This document shows positions 47,741 through 57,556 of a stretch of 64,000 nucleotides of DNA, in pieces. Source of the DNA: Alphaproteobacteria bacterium (lineage in GTDB: Bacteria; Pseudomonadota; Alphaproteobacteria; UBA828); contig OZ243972.1 of assembly GCA_965214705.1 (NCBI GenBank), positions 1,248,001-1,312,000 of the forward strand, in the 5' to 3' direction. Both the position numbers and the translations under genes were made by a program. The stretch's first letter is position 1, and every line of letters begins with the position of its first letter. The notes beneath the pieces were generated by a model. It saw nothing but the letters and a program-made list of their open reading frames with translations. It searched no databases and was not told the DNA's origin.

Positions 47741-48906
47741 CACCGGCACCCCTGGCAGCGCCCGACGACGAGCCGGGAGAAGCCTGCGTTGTCGGCGTCG
47801 AGCCGCGTCCCCGCCCGGACCCGCGTGGCCGTGACGGAGGCGGCCGAGACCGAGTCCGCCGTCACCGCGGGCGCGGTCACCGACCCGGCATCGAGGCCGC
47901 CCAGCCGGGCCGTGCCGGCGGCGACGGCGCCTGCCGCCCCGATCGAGCCCGCTTCGACCGGCCCCGCCGCCTCGACCGTTTGAGCGCGCACGGCGCCCGT
48001 GACCGTCATTCCGCCGGCGGTGACCGGACCTTCGATCCGTCCGGCCCCTGCCGCGATCTCCCCGGCCGCCTCCACATTGCCGGCCACCCGCAGCGCCCGG
48101 CCCACCAGCAGGTCGCCGGTCACGGCGAGGTCGCCGCCGGCCTCCAGGTCGGTCTCGACCTCCAGCGCCGCCGCCTCGATGGTGCCGGCGCCCTCGATGG
48201 CGTTTCCCCCCATGTCGAGGTCCGCCTCCATCCGGTTGGCCTCCGCGAAGCCGGGAATGGCCACCCGGTAGAGCGCATCGCCGAAGACGCTCGAGTGGTC
48301 GAAGCGCCGCAGCGTGGCGAGAGCGCCCTCCGCCGGGGCGCCCGCGAAGGCCGCGCGGAAGGCGCCCACGTCGGCGTCCACCGCTGGACCCGAGAGCCGG
48401 GACGGGCCGGCCAGCCCCATCCGGGGACCCGCCGCCTCCAGCAGCGCCGCGGCCGGGCGCACCGTGTCTCCGGCCCCCACCGTCTCCGTGATGAGCAGGT
48501 CGAAGGCGTCGGAGCCGGCCGCGAGCACCAGCACCCGGTAGCCGCGCCCGAGCGCATCGGTCTCGGAGAATTCGGCGGTCAGCGAGCCGTCGGACTTGAG
48601 CGCCGCGAGCGTGAGTTCGGAAGGACCGCCCCGCGCCTGCGCCAGCAGGGCCGGGAAGCGGCTGTGCGCGTACGAAGACGCCGCCTCGGCGAGCACCGCG
48701 AGCTGCATCGCGGCCAGATGCCCGCGTTTCTCCAGCGCCCGGGTCTCGAAGAAGACCGAGGCCCCGAGCACCAGCATGCCCAGCAGCCCCAGCGCCAGCA
48801 GCGCCCCGAAGAGACTCAGTCCGCGACTCGGTCCGCGACCGAGCCGCAGCCGCAGTCTCCGGCTGGAAGCGCGGCGGCTGCGTATTCCTGGCAGGGTGCA
48901 TCTCAT
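47740..48906 (-). CDS. PilV-like minor pilin/adhesin (shufflon-PilV N-terminal family)
   Basis: Basic leader + G|LSLFGALLALGLLG; LYRVAIPGFAEANRMEADLDMGGNAI; beta-repeat stalk; C-terminal CQGC. Confidence 0.7.
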   Translation of the reverse strand: MRCTLPGIRSRRASSRRLRLRLGRGPSRGLSLFGALLALGLLGMLVLGASVFFETRALEKRGHLAAMQLAVLAEAASSYAHSRFPALLAQARGGPSELTLAALKSDGSLTAEFSETDALGRGYRVLVLAAGSDAFDLLITETVGAGDTVRPAAALLEAAGPRMGLAGPSRLSGPAVDADVGAFRAAFAGAPAEGALATLRRFDHSSVFGDALYRVAIPGFAEANRMEADLDMGGNAIEGAGTIEAAALEVETDLEAGGDLAVTGDLLVGRALRVAGNVEAAGEIAAGAGRIEGPVTAGGMTVTGAVRAQTVEAAGPVEAGSIGAAGAVAAGTARLGGLDAGSVTAPAVTADSVSAASVTATRVRAGTRLDADNAGFSRLVVGRCQGCR

Positions 48907-48913
48907 GCCTGCC

Positions 48914-50119
48914 TCACTCACCTTCGCAGCCGGCGCAGGTGCCGACGGTGAGCAGTCCGGAGATCGTCGCATCGGGACCGTAGACGCCGCCCGCCGCCGT
49001 CCGCGACCCGCTCAGCGCCCCGGCGACGCTCAGCGTCTCGCCGGCCAGCCCCCGCGCCGCTGCGGCGCCCTGGACCGAGGCCGCGCCCGCGACAGACAGC
49101 GCCGCGGCGTCGAGTGACCCCGCCGTGTGCAGTGCGCCGGCCTCGAGTTTCCCCGTGGCGTTCACCCGGTCCGCTATGAGCCGTTCTGTGAGCGCCGCGC
49201 CCACCACGATCTCGGCGCTGACCGCAAGTCGCTGCGCCGCGAGCTCGCCGGCCTCGACGGTCTCGGCCGTCACGCCATGCGCCTCGGCTTCGCCTCCGAT
49301 ATCTGCCATGCCGCCGACCGCGATATCCGTCCCGATCTCCGCCGCCTCCGCGCCCACCTCGCCGGCGGCCAGCACGTGCCGCCGCGCCGGGTCGGCCGGG
49401 TCCGCCGCCCCGGGCGGAGCCATGCGGAGCGCCGTTTCCATACGGTTGAGCCAGGGCCGGCCCGGCTGGGCGCGGCGGTAGAGCGCGCGCTCCCGGTAGC
49501 GAAGCCCGAGGTCGGCGGTGACCCAGAGCGCGTCCTCGGCCATCGCGCGGCCCATGGCGGCCTCGATGGCCGGCCGGTGCGCCTCCATGAGAGGGCCGCC
49601 GCCCGGCGCGAGCGCGGCCAGCCCGCCTTCCAGGGCGCCCTCGCGGAGCGCCGTGGGCCGGGATGAAGGCGATGGTTCGAGGACGCCGAAGGCCATCGGC
49701 ACCGGGGAATGCCCCGGTACGCCGCTCCCCATACCGTCTGCGATCACGCCCAGCGTCATCGCGGCATGGCGGCCCGGCCGCTCCCGCAGGTCCGGCGGGG
49801 CAGCGCCCAGCGTGCGCAGCCGGGCCACGGTGAGCAGAACGCCCACCTGCATCTCGAGCGCCGCCTCGAACGCGTCCGCGTGGAGCTGCGTCGCCCGGTG
49901 CGCCGCATGCACCCACGCGCCGAACACCCGGCCGGCGGCGCGGTCCAGCGCCGGCAGACGTTCGGCATCGCGCGCCTCGTAGTGCGCCGCGAGCGCAGCG
50001 CCCGCCAGCGAGGCCAGCAGCAGCACGCCCAGAAGCGCGCCCGCGCCCAGCAGGCGCCTCGGCGCCGGGGTCCGCAGTCCGGTCCGGTTCGCCGGGCCGG
50101 TCATGCCGGGCGCATTCAT
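48914..50119 (-). CDS. Second PilV-like minor pilin/adhesin
   Basis: N-terminal hydrophobic helix; LYRRAQPGRPWLNRMETAL; beta-repeat stalk; C-terminal CAGC. Paralogous to the neighbouring gene. Confidence 0.62.
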   Translation of the reverse strand: MNAPGMTGPANRTGLRTPAPRRLLGAGALLGVLLLASLAGAALAAHYEARDAERLPALDRAAGRVFGAWVHAAHRATQLHADAFEAALEMQVGVLLTVARLRTLGAAPPDLRERPGRHAAMTLGVIADGMGSGVPGHSPVPMAFGVLEPSPSSRPTALREGALEGGLAALAPGGGPLMEAHRPAIEAAMGRAMAEDALWVTADLGLRYRERALYRRAQPGRPWLNRMETALRMAPPGAADPADPARRHVLAAGEVGAEAAEIGTDIAVGGMADIGGEAEAHGVTAETVEAGELAAQRLAVSAEIVVGAALTERLIADRVNATGKLEAGALHTAGSLDAAALSVAGAASVQGAAAARGLAGETLSVAGALSGSRTAAGGVYGPDATISGLLTVGTCAGCEGE

Positions 50120-50754
50120 CCGAAGGTGAACCCGATGTCGTTGGCCGCATCGCCGTCGTCGCAGTTGGCGGTCACCTGCGCGTTGGTCACCGGCGAGGCC
50201 AGCGCGGTGCCGTTGACCGTCATCGAGATCAGGCCGGCGCGGGCGCGGCTGCGCCCGGCGAAGGCGTCGCCCAGCGCCGCGCAGATGGCGTCGTCCACGT
50301 CCTCGAAGGTGATCCGGAAGCGGTTGGTGACCCCGCCCGGCCCGCCGACCACCGTCACGGCGCCGCCGAAGGGGTGGCGGATCGCCGCGCTGTTGTTGAC
50401 CAGAACCCGCGCCCCGCCGGGGATGCCGCCGCGCCGGTCGATGGCGGGCACCAGGTCGGCGTTGTTGCCGTAGCTCGGCGCCCCGGCGAAGGCCGCCTCG
50501 ACGTTGGCGCGGAGCTGGCTCAGCAGCGTGAGCGCCGCCGAGCGGTTGGCGGACTCGCGGGCCGCGTTGTAGGTGCCGACGGCGCCGACGATCACCACGG
50601 CGGCCAATCCGAGGCCGAGCAGCACGCCGAACAGGCTGAAGCCGCGCCGATAGCGCCTCGCGGCGAGCCGCCGCATGGTTCTGCGGACGCCCTGGCGCGC
50701 CGCGCCGGAACGGGGGAGCGGGGCTGCGGGGACTGAAGCTTCGGTTCCTCTCAT
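50116..50754 (-). CDS. pilS: Type IVb major pilin (PilS family)
   Basis: Long basic leader + RRG|FSLFGVLLGL; HPFGGAVTV, F.ITF..V....C, C-terminal Cys pair. Confidence 0.82.
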   Translation of the reverse strand: MRGTEASVPAAPLPRSGAARQGVRRTMRRLAARRYRRGFSLFGVLLGLGLAAVVIVGAVGTYNAARESANRSAALTLLSQLRANVEAAFAGAPSYGNNADLVPAIDRRGGIPGGARVLVNNSAAIRHPFGGAVTVVGGPGGVTNRFRITFEDVDDAICAALGDAFAGRSRARAGLISMTVNGTALASPVTNAQVTANCDDGDAANDIGFTFG

Positions 50755-50774
50755 GTCGTCTCCTGTGGCGTACG

Positions 50775-51830
50775 TCAGGCCCGGCCGGCCTGCTGGAGGA
50801 TCGAGAACATGGCGTCGATGCCGGCGGCGACGGCCAGGGTGACGAGGATCAGCAGCGCCGCGTTGAGCCCGGCGGCGCGGGTCCTGAGCAGGTCCTCCGA
50901 GCGGTCCACCCAGCGCGCCACGAAGCGCGCGAGCTTCGCCTCCCAGCCCGGCACGCCGTCGAGCGCCGCCACCACCGGCACCAGCGCCGGGTCGGGGAAG
51001 CCGTGGCCCGCGAGCGTCATGGCGCGCCCGAGGCCCGCGCCCCGCGCCATGTGGCGCTGGATGGCGCCGATGCGGTGGCGCGCGTAGGGCGCGGCGCGGC
51101 GCCTGAAGTCCTCGAAGGCGCGGTCGTTGAGATCCAGTCCGGCGCCCAGGAACTCCAGCACCACGAACAGGAAGGCCGAGCCCGTGACGGTGCGGTAGAG
51201 CGAGAAGGGCGCGACGCGGTCGAGCGCCGTCCGCCCCGGCCCGGTCCAGTGCACCATGGCGATGCCCACGGGCGCCGCCACGGCGGCGCAGAGCGCCGCG
51301 AACCCCAGCGGCCGCTCGTGGAGCCAGACGGATGCGGTGCGGAACACCGACGCCGCCGGCCCCCAGCGCTCGGGCGGCACCACGCCCTCCAGCACCGGCA
51401 CGAACCAGCCGCCCGCCGCCCACAGCATGGTGACGACGGCGACGCCCAGCAGCAGCGGCATGGCGAGGGCCTTCCTCACCGCCGCCATCTGGCGCTCGCG
51501 CAGCTCCGCCACCCGCGCGGCGGCGGCGAAGAGCCGGCCGGCGTCCACCCTGCCGTAGGCCTCGAATATCATCGCCTCGGCCGAGGGCACCGAGGCCGCC
51601 ATGGCCTCTCCGAAGCGCCCCTCCGGCAGCGCCCGGCGCCAGGACGCGATCAGGCGGGCGCGCGCGCCCCGCCCGGCGAGGGCCTGGCCGGTGACGTCGA
51701 GCGCGCGCTCCAGCTCGAAGCCGGCGTCCAGCAGATCGGCCACCGTCCGGAAGCAGTCGACGCGCGCCTTGCGCCCCATGACCAGCGCGGCATGGAGGCG
51801 GCGCAGAGCGGTGACGAACCGGGCGATCAT
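50775..51830 (-). CDS. pilR: Type IVb pilus platform protein (PilR/GspF-like)
   Basis: Start MIARFVT; LDRVAPFSLYRTVTGSAFL, GHGFPD; TM segments. Confidence 0.8.
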   Translation of the reverse strand: MIARFVTALRRLHAALVMGRKARVDCFRTVADLLDAGFELERALDVTGQALAGRGARARLIASWRRALPEGRFGEAMAASVPSAEAMIFEAYGRVDAGRLFAAAARVAELRERQMAAVRKALAMPLLLGVAVVTMLWAAGGWFVPVLEGVVPPERWGPAASVFRTASVWLHERPLGFAALCAAVAAPVGIAMVHWTGPGRTALDRVAPFSLYRTVTGSAFLFVVLEFLGAGLDLNDRAFEDFRRRAAPYARHRIGAIQRHMARGAGLGRAMTLAGHGFPDPALVPVVAALDGVPGWEAKLARFVARWVDRSEDLLRTRAAGLNAALLILVTLAVAAGIDAMFSILQQAGRA

Positions 51831-53584
51831 GCGGACTCTCCGGCTTCTTCGGGCACCGGGTCGGCCTGGGCCTCGTGCTCCCCGGCGCCGCCCTTGAGCA
51901 GCGCGTCGAAGGGGTCGACGGCGCCCTGCCTCACCAGGGCGCGGATGCGCACTCCGATCGGGACGCCGCCCAGCTCGCTCCGCCACCAGGCCCACGCCCC
52001 GAGCGGGTCGCCCTTGCGCACGAAGCGCAGGTAGCCCGCGTCGGGGCGGATGGTCTCGCAGATCGCGGTCTGGCCGAGATAGCCGTTCCAGGCCCGGGCC
52101 GAGACCTCGCCGCCGTCCGCGCGCCGGCACTCGGGGCAGCCCTCGGCATTCCTGAAGCGCAATCCCTCGAGCCCGCCGAGGCGGGCAGCCAGCCCCTCGG
52201 GCACGGCGCGGCCGCCCGCCGGACGGTCCAGCGCGCAGGCGCCGCAGAGCCGCGGCAGCAGGGTCTGCTTCATCAGCAGCGCCACGTTGCCGGGCTTCGC
52301 CACCTCGGCCGCGCCCACCCCCATGTCGATCAGCCGGAAGGGGATGGCGTTGGCGTTGTGGACATGGATGGTGGTCCAGATCTGGTGCCCGGTGTCGACG
52401 CACTGCAGCACCTGCCGGGCGGCGTCGGCGTCGCGGATCTCGGAGACCATGCCCGACGCCGGATGCACCCGGCAGAAGTGCATCAGCGCCTGGCTGAAGT
52501 GCCCGGCGCGGGTCTCGCCGGCGCCGGCCGTCGGCACCGCGATCTGCAGCGCGCCGGGAATGCGGTACTCGACCGGGTCCTCCAGGGTGACCAGGTTGAG
52601 CTGGCCCGCCATCTCGGCCATCTGCAGCGCGAGGTTGACGGCGAGCGTGGTGGACTTGCCGTCGCCGGCGCGGCCGCCGATGAAGACACCGCCCTGCATC
52701 GCCATGCGGATCTCGGCGAAGAGCGCGGCCTCTTTCGCCGAGAAGCCGAGGCCCTCGAGCGTCGTGCCGGGGTCCAGGCGGTCCGTGTAGAAGAGGCGGG
52801 CGAAGAGATGGTCGGCGTCGGGGTCGTGGGGTCCGCGCTCGCAGCGCAGCGCCGAGATGCCGCCCGGCAGCGGCACCGGGCCGCCGGCGCGGATGGAGAA
52901 GCCCTGAAAGGAGGCGCGGCGGTAGCTGGTCTGGGACGAGCCCTCGTCCTTGCAGTGGAAGAGGAAGCCCATCGCCTGGCGGCCTTCCTCGGCGGTGAGC
53001 GGCGCACTCAGCGGCAGCTTGCGGTCGTTGACGATGGCGAAGACCCTGCAGGCGTCGCGGCCCTGCTCGAAGACCACGTCGCTCGCCTTCGCGGCTGCGG
53101 CGTCGGCGAGGAGCCGGCGCAGGCGGTCGGCCGCTCCGCCGCCGGCGGCCGTGTTCTCGCCTTCCTGCGCGCGCCAGAGCGCGGCGATCTCCTCCAGCGC
53201 CGCGCTCTCCTCGGCGAGCGCCGGCGGGATCGCGCCGGACTCGCGCAGCGCCACCAGGTCGAGGCGCAGCCGGTCGTCGGCCTCGTAGCCCTCGGCGATC
53301 AGGCAGCGCCCGTCGGTGAACACCGCACAGAGCCGCCGGAAGCGGGCATCCATCGCGCTGCTGCGGATCGGCAGGTCGGAGGCCCGAGGGTCTCCGGCAC
53401 GACTGTCCGCGGCACGAGTGTCTCCGGCACGAGGGTCCGTTCTCGGCGCCGGACCCGTCAGCCCGGCCAGCGCCGGCCCGCCCCGGCCCCCGCCGAGCCG
53501 GAACATCGCGGCCGCGGCCTTCGAACGCAGGCGCGTGCGCATGCGGTTGCACCGGAGGCCGAGCCAACGGCCGAGCCGCCTCAC
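51827..53584 (-). CDS. pilQ: Type IVb pilus assembly ATPase (PilQ/GspE-like)
   Basis: ASDV, GRAGDGKSTT, TLEDPVEY, SEIRD, TGHQIWTTIH, Q.L.PRLC..C, GC.EC. GTG start inferred. Confidence 0.87.
   Translation of the reverse strand: MRRLGRWLGLRCNRMRTRLRSKAAAAMFRLGGGRGGPALAGLTGPAPRTDPRAGDTRAADSRAGDPRASDLPIRSSAMDARFRRLCAVFTDGRCLIAEGYEADDRLRLDLVALRESGAIPPALAEESAALEEIAALWRAQEGENTAAGGGAADRLRRLLADAAAAKASDVVFEQGRDACRVFAIVNDRKLPLSAPLTAEEGRQAMGFLFHCKDEGSSQTSYRRASFQGFSIRAGGPVPLPGGISALRCERGPHDPDADHLFARLFYTDRLDPGTTLEGLGFSAKEAALFAEIRMAMQGGVFIGGRAGDGKSTTLAVNLALQMAEMAGQLNLVTLEDPVEYRIPGALQIAVPTAGAGETRAGHFSQALMHFCRVHPASGMVSEIRDADAARQVLQCVDTGHQIWTTIHVHNANAIPFRLIDMGVGAAEVAKPGNVALLMKQTLLPRLCGACALDRPAGGRAVPEGLAARLGGLEGLRFRNAEGCPECRRADGGEVSARAWNGYLGQTAICETIRPDAGYLRFVRKGDPLGAWAWWRSELGGVPIGVRIRALVRQGAVDPFDALLKGGAGEHEAQADPVPEEAGESA
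53381..53439 (-). repeat. 4 x 15-bp array in the pilQ N-terminus (DPRAGDTRAADSRAGDPRA)
   Basis: GGCCCGAGGGTCTCC GGCACGACTGTCCGC GGCACGAGTGTCTCC GGCACGAGGGTCCG. Confidence 0.88.
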
Positions 53585-54672
53585 GGACCGTCTCCCGGCC
53601 GCGCGCGGTACGGCAGCAGGGCCGCCTCGCCGCTCTTCCCGGCACCGGTCACCCGCATGCCGGGCGGGCGTCCGGCGATGGCCGCCACCGTGCCCGCGCC
53701 CGGCAGTGCGTCGCCCTCGCGCACGAACCACACACCCATCCCGTCGGTGACGCCGGCACGGAGCGCACCGGCGCTGCCGATGATCGAGAACCAGCCGTAG
53801 CGCGGGGACGGCGGCGCTTCCTGCGCCACCCCTTCCGGAGCCGTGAGCTCCGTGAGCAGCGGCGACGCCTCCATAGTCCGCATGACCGTCGGTTCGCGCA
53901 CCGGTTCCGCGGCGAGCTCGGGGACCGCGTCGAGAGAGTTCATGAGTGTCTCGGGCGCCGGCTCGCGGGTGGCCTCACGCAGCTCCCTCAGCCGCGCCTC
54001 GGTCTCGAACAGCGCGGTGACGATCTCCTGGCGCTCGCGGCAGAGAGTGAGGATCTCCAGCTCGATCGCCAGCGCAGACAGCGCGTCCGCCTCGCCGGCC
54101 GCACCGGCCAGCAACCGCTTCAGCAGCCCGCGGGGGCAGCCCTCCGCCGCGAACACCGGTGCGGACGCGGCGGGCAAACCGGGCTCTCCCGCGACGATCC
54201 CCGACAGGGCCTCCAGCAGGCGGCTGCCGGCTGCCGAGGCGTCCGGCTCCGCTCGCAATTCGTTTGTCTGCTCGGTCGGCAAGCCGGACGTCGTCGCGCC
54301 GGCCACAGTCCCGGTCGATCCGTCCAGTCCGGCGGGCACGGCTTCGGCCATCCCGGTCACGGAGGTCCCGTGCCCGACGCCCGGTTGCTCCGCCGGCGGC
54401 TCTGCCTTGATATCGTCCAGGCCCATACGGGCTGAAGCGGCCGTTTCCGGTAGAGCCGAACCTTCGTGGGCAGGCGTGGATGACGCATCCGGCGCCGCCT
54501 CCAGCGAGGACGCCCCCGCCCCGTCCGCGGCGGTCTCCTGCGAGCCATCGATCGCCGCGCCGGGGAAGGGCATGAGCATTCCGTCCTCGGCCGCCGCCCC
54601 TTCCGCAGCCGTCAGTGCGGCGGCAAGCACGAGCCCGGCGACGCAGGCCGCCCGGTGACGCCCTACCCTCAT
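53581..54672 (-). CDS. PilP-like pilus accessory protein (low-complexity N-terminus, coiled coil)
   Basis: Signal peptide; C-terminal IIGSAGALRA...VREGDALPG...VAAI. Confidence 0.55.
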   Translation of the reverse strand: MRVGRHRAACVAGLVLAAALTAAEGAAAEDGMLMPFPGAAIDGSQETAADGAGASSLEAAPDASSTPAHEGSALPETAASARMGLDDIKAEPPAEQPGVGHGTSVTGMAEAVPAGLDGSTGTVAGATTSGLPTEQTNELRAEPDASAAGSRLLEALSGIVAGEPGLPAASAPVFAAEGCPRGLLKRLLAGAAGEADALSALAIELEILTLCRERQEIVTALFETEARLRELREATREPAPETLMNSLDAVPELAAEPVREPTVMRTMEASPLLTELTAPEGVAQEAPPSPRYGWFSIIGSAGALRAGVTDGMGVWFVREGDALPGAGTVAAIAGRPPGMRVTGAGKSGEAALLPYRARPGDGP

Positions 54673-55886
54673 CGCGCCGGCAATCCCGCCCGGCCGGCGA
54701 GGGCCCGCCAGGGATAGCGGGCCGTTCCCTCCAGGCCCTCCAGCGCCACCACCAGCTCGCCCCGCGACCAGCGCCACGTGCCGGCAACCGTCTCCGCGCC
54801 GCCGCCTCCGGCCGTCAGCGTCCCGTCCGGACGAAGCCGAACCACGGTACCGGGGCGTTCCCCTGTCCCTGCGCGCCCCGGGAAAGGAAGCGCCAACGGC
54901 GTGCCTGCCGCCGCCAGCCGGTCGGTGATGCGCATCGCGGCGAAGCGCTCGCCGGTGGGAAGGAAGGGAAGCGCGTCGCCGATGCGGTAGCGCGGGCGGA
55001 TCGGCAGCCGCTCGTAATGGACCGCGATCTCCGTGCCGCCTGCCGCCGGCACCAGCCGGCCGGTGTCGGCCACGCCGCCGTCCTGATCCAGTAGCCAGAG
55101 CTCGTCGCCCCCGGCGCCCAGCACGAGCACGTGCCGCGCTCCGGCGGTGTCCGTCAGCACGAACCCGTCGTTCTCGGCGAGGAACCTCGCGAGGTCCGCG
55201 CCCGGCAGCCGGTCGCGGCCCTGCGCGGCCGCGACCCCGGTCGCACCGGGACCGCGCAGGTGCGAGCCGGGGGCGTTGCGCACCGGCGCCTCCGGGTCCT
55301 GCGCCATCATCGCCTCGAAGGCGGCTGCGGTCTGCTTCCCGTTGACCGGCAGCCCGGCGGGCAGGGCGAGGCCGGGACAGGCCTCCTTCATCGCCTTGGG
55401 CCAGCTCTCCTGCACCCAGCCGCGCGAGGCCACCGCCCACCGGCCGTCCCAGCGGGACGCCGCCTCGTTGTGAAGCCCTCCCGTGTCCGGATCGTAGAAG
55501 AGAGGGGTGTGGCCCCGGCGCCTGCCCGGATCCGGCTCCGCGCCCGGCTCGAGATAGTTGTAGAGCGACCTGAAGGCGCGGGACGGCACCACCCGCCAGC
55601 GCGCCCCGGCTCCCGCATGAGCGCCGCCCAGGTGGGCGCAGGCCAGCAGCGCGCCGTCGGGGCCGTGCCAGTGCGCCCATACCGTGCCCCGGTCGTCGGC
55701 CCGGGCGGCGTTGGGCCGCTCCAGCACCCAGACCCGGCCCGACAGCAGGTCCTCGAAGAACGCAGCCGAGTGGGAGCTCAGGTTGGCGCCCGGCGGGGCG
55801 GCCTGTCCCCAGGCGGCGTCCGCCGCAGCGAACAGCGCCGCAAGTCCTGCTGCCGCGGCAGCGCCCCGCATCGATGCCCGCCTCAC
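54669..55886 (-). CDS. Hypothetical secreted protein
   Basis: Signal peptide (AAAGLAALFAAADAAWG); globular Trp-rich sequence; coupled to neighbours. Confidence 0.55.
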   Translation of the reverse strand: MRRASMRGAAAAAGLAALFAAADAAWGQAAPPGANLSSHSAAFFEDLLSGRVWVLERPNAARADDRGTVWAHWHGPDGALLACAHLGGAHAGAGARWRVVPSRAFRSLYNYLEPGAEPDPGRRRGHTPLFYDPDTGGLHNEAASRWDGRWAVASRGWVQESWPKAMKEACPGLALPAGLPVNGKQTAAAFEAMMAQDPEAPVRNAPGSHLRGPGATGVAAAQGRDRLPGADLARFLAENDGFVLTDTAGARHVLVLGAGGDELWLLDQDGGVADTGRLVPAAGGTEIAVHYERLPIRPRYRIGDALPFLPTGERFAAMRITDRLAAAGTPLALPFPGRAGTGERPGTVVRLRPDGTLTAGGGGAETVAGTWRWSRGELVVALEGLEGTARYPWRALAGRAGLPAR

Positions 55887-57556
55887 GGCCGGCCCCCGGA
55901 ATGAACCGACCCACGGCCGGCCGCCGGCATCCAGCGCTCCTTCAGCCGGCGCACCATCGAGACGTAGACCCGGAAGGCGCCGTCCCCGTCCCCCGCCGCG
56001 ACCCGGGCCACGGCCTCGTCGATCCGTCCCGCGATCCATGACCACTCCGCATGGCCGGGCGGGATGGCGGCCACGATGCCGGGCGCGATGGCGTAGTACT
56101 CCGCCACCAGCGCCCGGCGCTCCGCCGTGCGCGCCATGTAGCCGTCGCGGAAGGCGCGCAGCGCCGTCAGCGTCGGCCCGTCGTCGGCCTCGCCGCGCAG
56201 CCCGGCGACCGCCGCGGTCAGGAAGCAGCCCCCGCCTCCGTCGCCGCTTCCGGGGCCGCCGCCTCCGCTGCCGTCGGTGCCGCAGGTGCCCTCGCCGGGG
56301 CCGTCGCCGCCCGGACTGGTGCCGCCGCAACCGTCGTTGCCAGGTCCGCCGTCGCCCGGCCCTCCGGCGCCGGGACCGCTGCCGCCGGGGCCGCCCCAGT
56401 CCGGCTCCTCCTCCGGCACGCAGTCGTCGCGCTCCAGCGCCCAGGCAGTGCGGATCGTCTGCGTCACCGGGGCCGCGTCCCAGGGGAACTGTGTCGAGCG
56501 CAGCGTCACCGTGCGCCGGTAGCCGAGGCTCCCCACGTGACCCGCCGGGCACGGACCCGTCCTCGCTTCCTCGTGCGACCTCTCGCTCACCACGGGTTCG
56601 GGCGGCGGGGGCAGGGCGTCGCCGGTCCAGCAGCTCGTGGACACGAACTCGGGCGGCCCCAGCGCCTCGCCTGCCGCCGTCACCGTCCTCTGCCGCCGCC
56701 ACACCTCGCGGCCTTCCATGCGCCGGTTGTGGGGAGGACCGGCATCCCAGTGGCAGGCCAGCGTGTAGTGCTCCCACTGGCTGTAGTCGGCCCGGCAGAG
56801 GTCGATCGAGACCTCCCAGGCGCCTTCCGCGGGCTCGCCCACGGCGTTGCCGCGCCCGTCGTAGGACTGCGTCACCTCGCGGATCAGGGTGCGGCCGTCG
56901 CCGTGCTCGCCGTCGCCGCAGGGCTCATCCCTGCGCTCGCGCGTCACCCGCTCCGTCGTATGCGCGAAGGGATCGCGCACCGTGCCCGCCAGCGCGGCGC
57001 GTCCGGAGGGGAGCGGACCGCCCACCGCGGCCGACGACAGGCAGGCCGGCAGCGCCACCGCCGCGCGCCCCGCGCCGCCCCGAGCGATGCCGTTCTCCAG
57101 CCAGTGCAGCGCGGGATTGCGGCCGTCGCCGTAGGCGTGGGGCGCGGCATGGACCGCGCGGTGGTCCGGACCGACACCCTTCAGCCTCTCCGGCGCCAGG
57201 TAGACCAGCAGCACGTCGTCGCAGTAGCGGGCCTCGAGCCCGCGTTCCGTCCACGAGGCCTGCCAGCCGGTCCCGGCCGGCGGCACCGCGCCCGGCCATG
57301 CCGTTGCGGCAGCCGCCTCGTCCAGGATGAAGGTCTCGAGCCGCCGCCATGCGGTCTCCACAGCGTGCGCGTGCGCCAGCGCCTCCTGTCTGTAGACCCG
57401 GTCGTCCGGCGCGACCTGTGCCTGCGCGGAACCCGCCGAGACCATGACGAATGCGCCGATGCCGCCCAGCAGCCACGCCCGGTAATCGCGGCTTCCACGC
57501 TGCCGCCGCCTGTCCGTCGCCGTGCCCTCAGCTTCCATGCCCGTTCTCCTCTCCAT
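55883..57556 (-). CDS. Secreted Cys-rich protein with Gly/Pro linker and C-terminal CFI-box-CTERM-like domain
   Basis: Signal peptide; repeated C..G..G...R modules; GGPG repeats; GGCFLTAAV...DDGPTLTALRAFRDGYM...LVAEYYAIAP. Confidence 0.72.
   Translation of the reverse strand: MERRTGMEAEGTATDRRRQRGSRDYRAWLLGGIGAFVMVSAGSAQAQVAPDDRVYRQEALAHAHAVETAWRRLETFILDEAAAATAWPGAVPPAGTGWQASWTERGLEARYCDDVLLVYLAPERLKGVGPDHRAVHAAPHAYGDGRNPALHWLENGIARGGAGRAAVALPACLSSAAVGGPLPSGRAALAGTVRDPFAHTTERVTRERRDEPCGDGEHGDGRTLIREVTQSYDGRGNAVGEPAEGAWEVSIDLCRADYSQWEHYTLACHWDAGPPHNRRMEGREVWRRQRTVTAAGEALGPPEFVSTSCWTGDALPPPPEPVVSERSHEEARTGPCPAGHVGSLGYRRTVTLRSTQFPWDAAPVTQTIRTAWALERDDCVPEEEPDWGGPGGSGPGAGGPGDGGPGNDGCGGTSPGGDGPGEGTCGTDGSGGGGPGSGDGGGGCFLTAAVAGLRGEADDGPTLTALRAFRDGYMARTAERRALVAEYYAIAPGIVAAIPPGHAEWSWIAGRIDEAVARVAAGDGDGAFRVYVSMVRRLKERWMPAAGRGSVHSGGRP

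Noticed and set aside
48813-48856. Short 12-bp and 6-bp repeats in the PilV leader (CTC[A/G]GTCCGCGA, GCCGCA)
   Set aside because: Local slippage in a basic leader peptide; too little similarity to the dispersed family.
47740-50119. Shufflon at the PilV-like genes
   Set aside because: No sfx-type repeats, inverted C-terminal cassettes or Rci recombinase seen.
56235-56400. GGPG-type repeats in the CFI-box protein as members of the 15-bp family
   Set aside because: Peptide-level low-complexity linker with divergent codons and no GAC[C/A]CTCG core.
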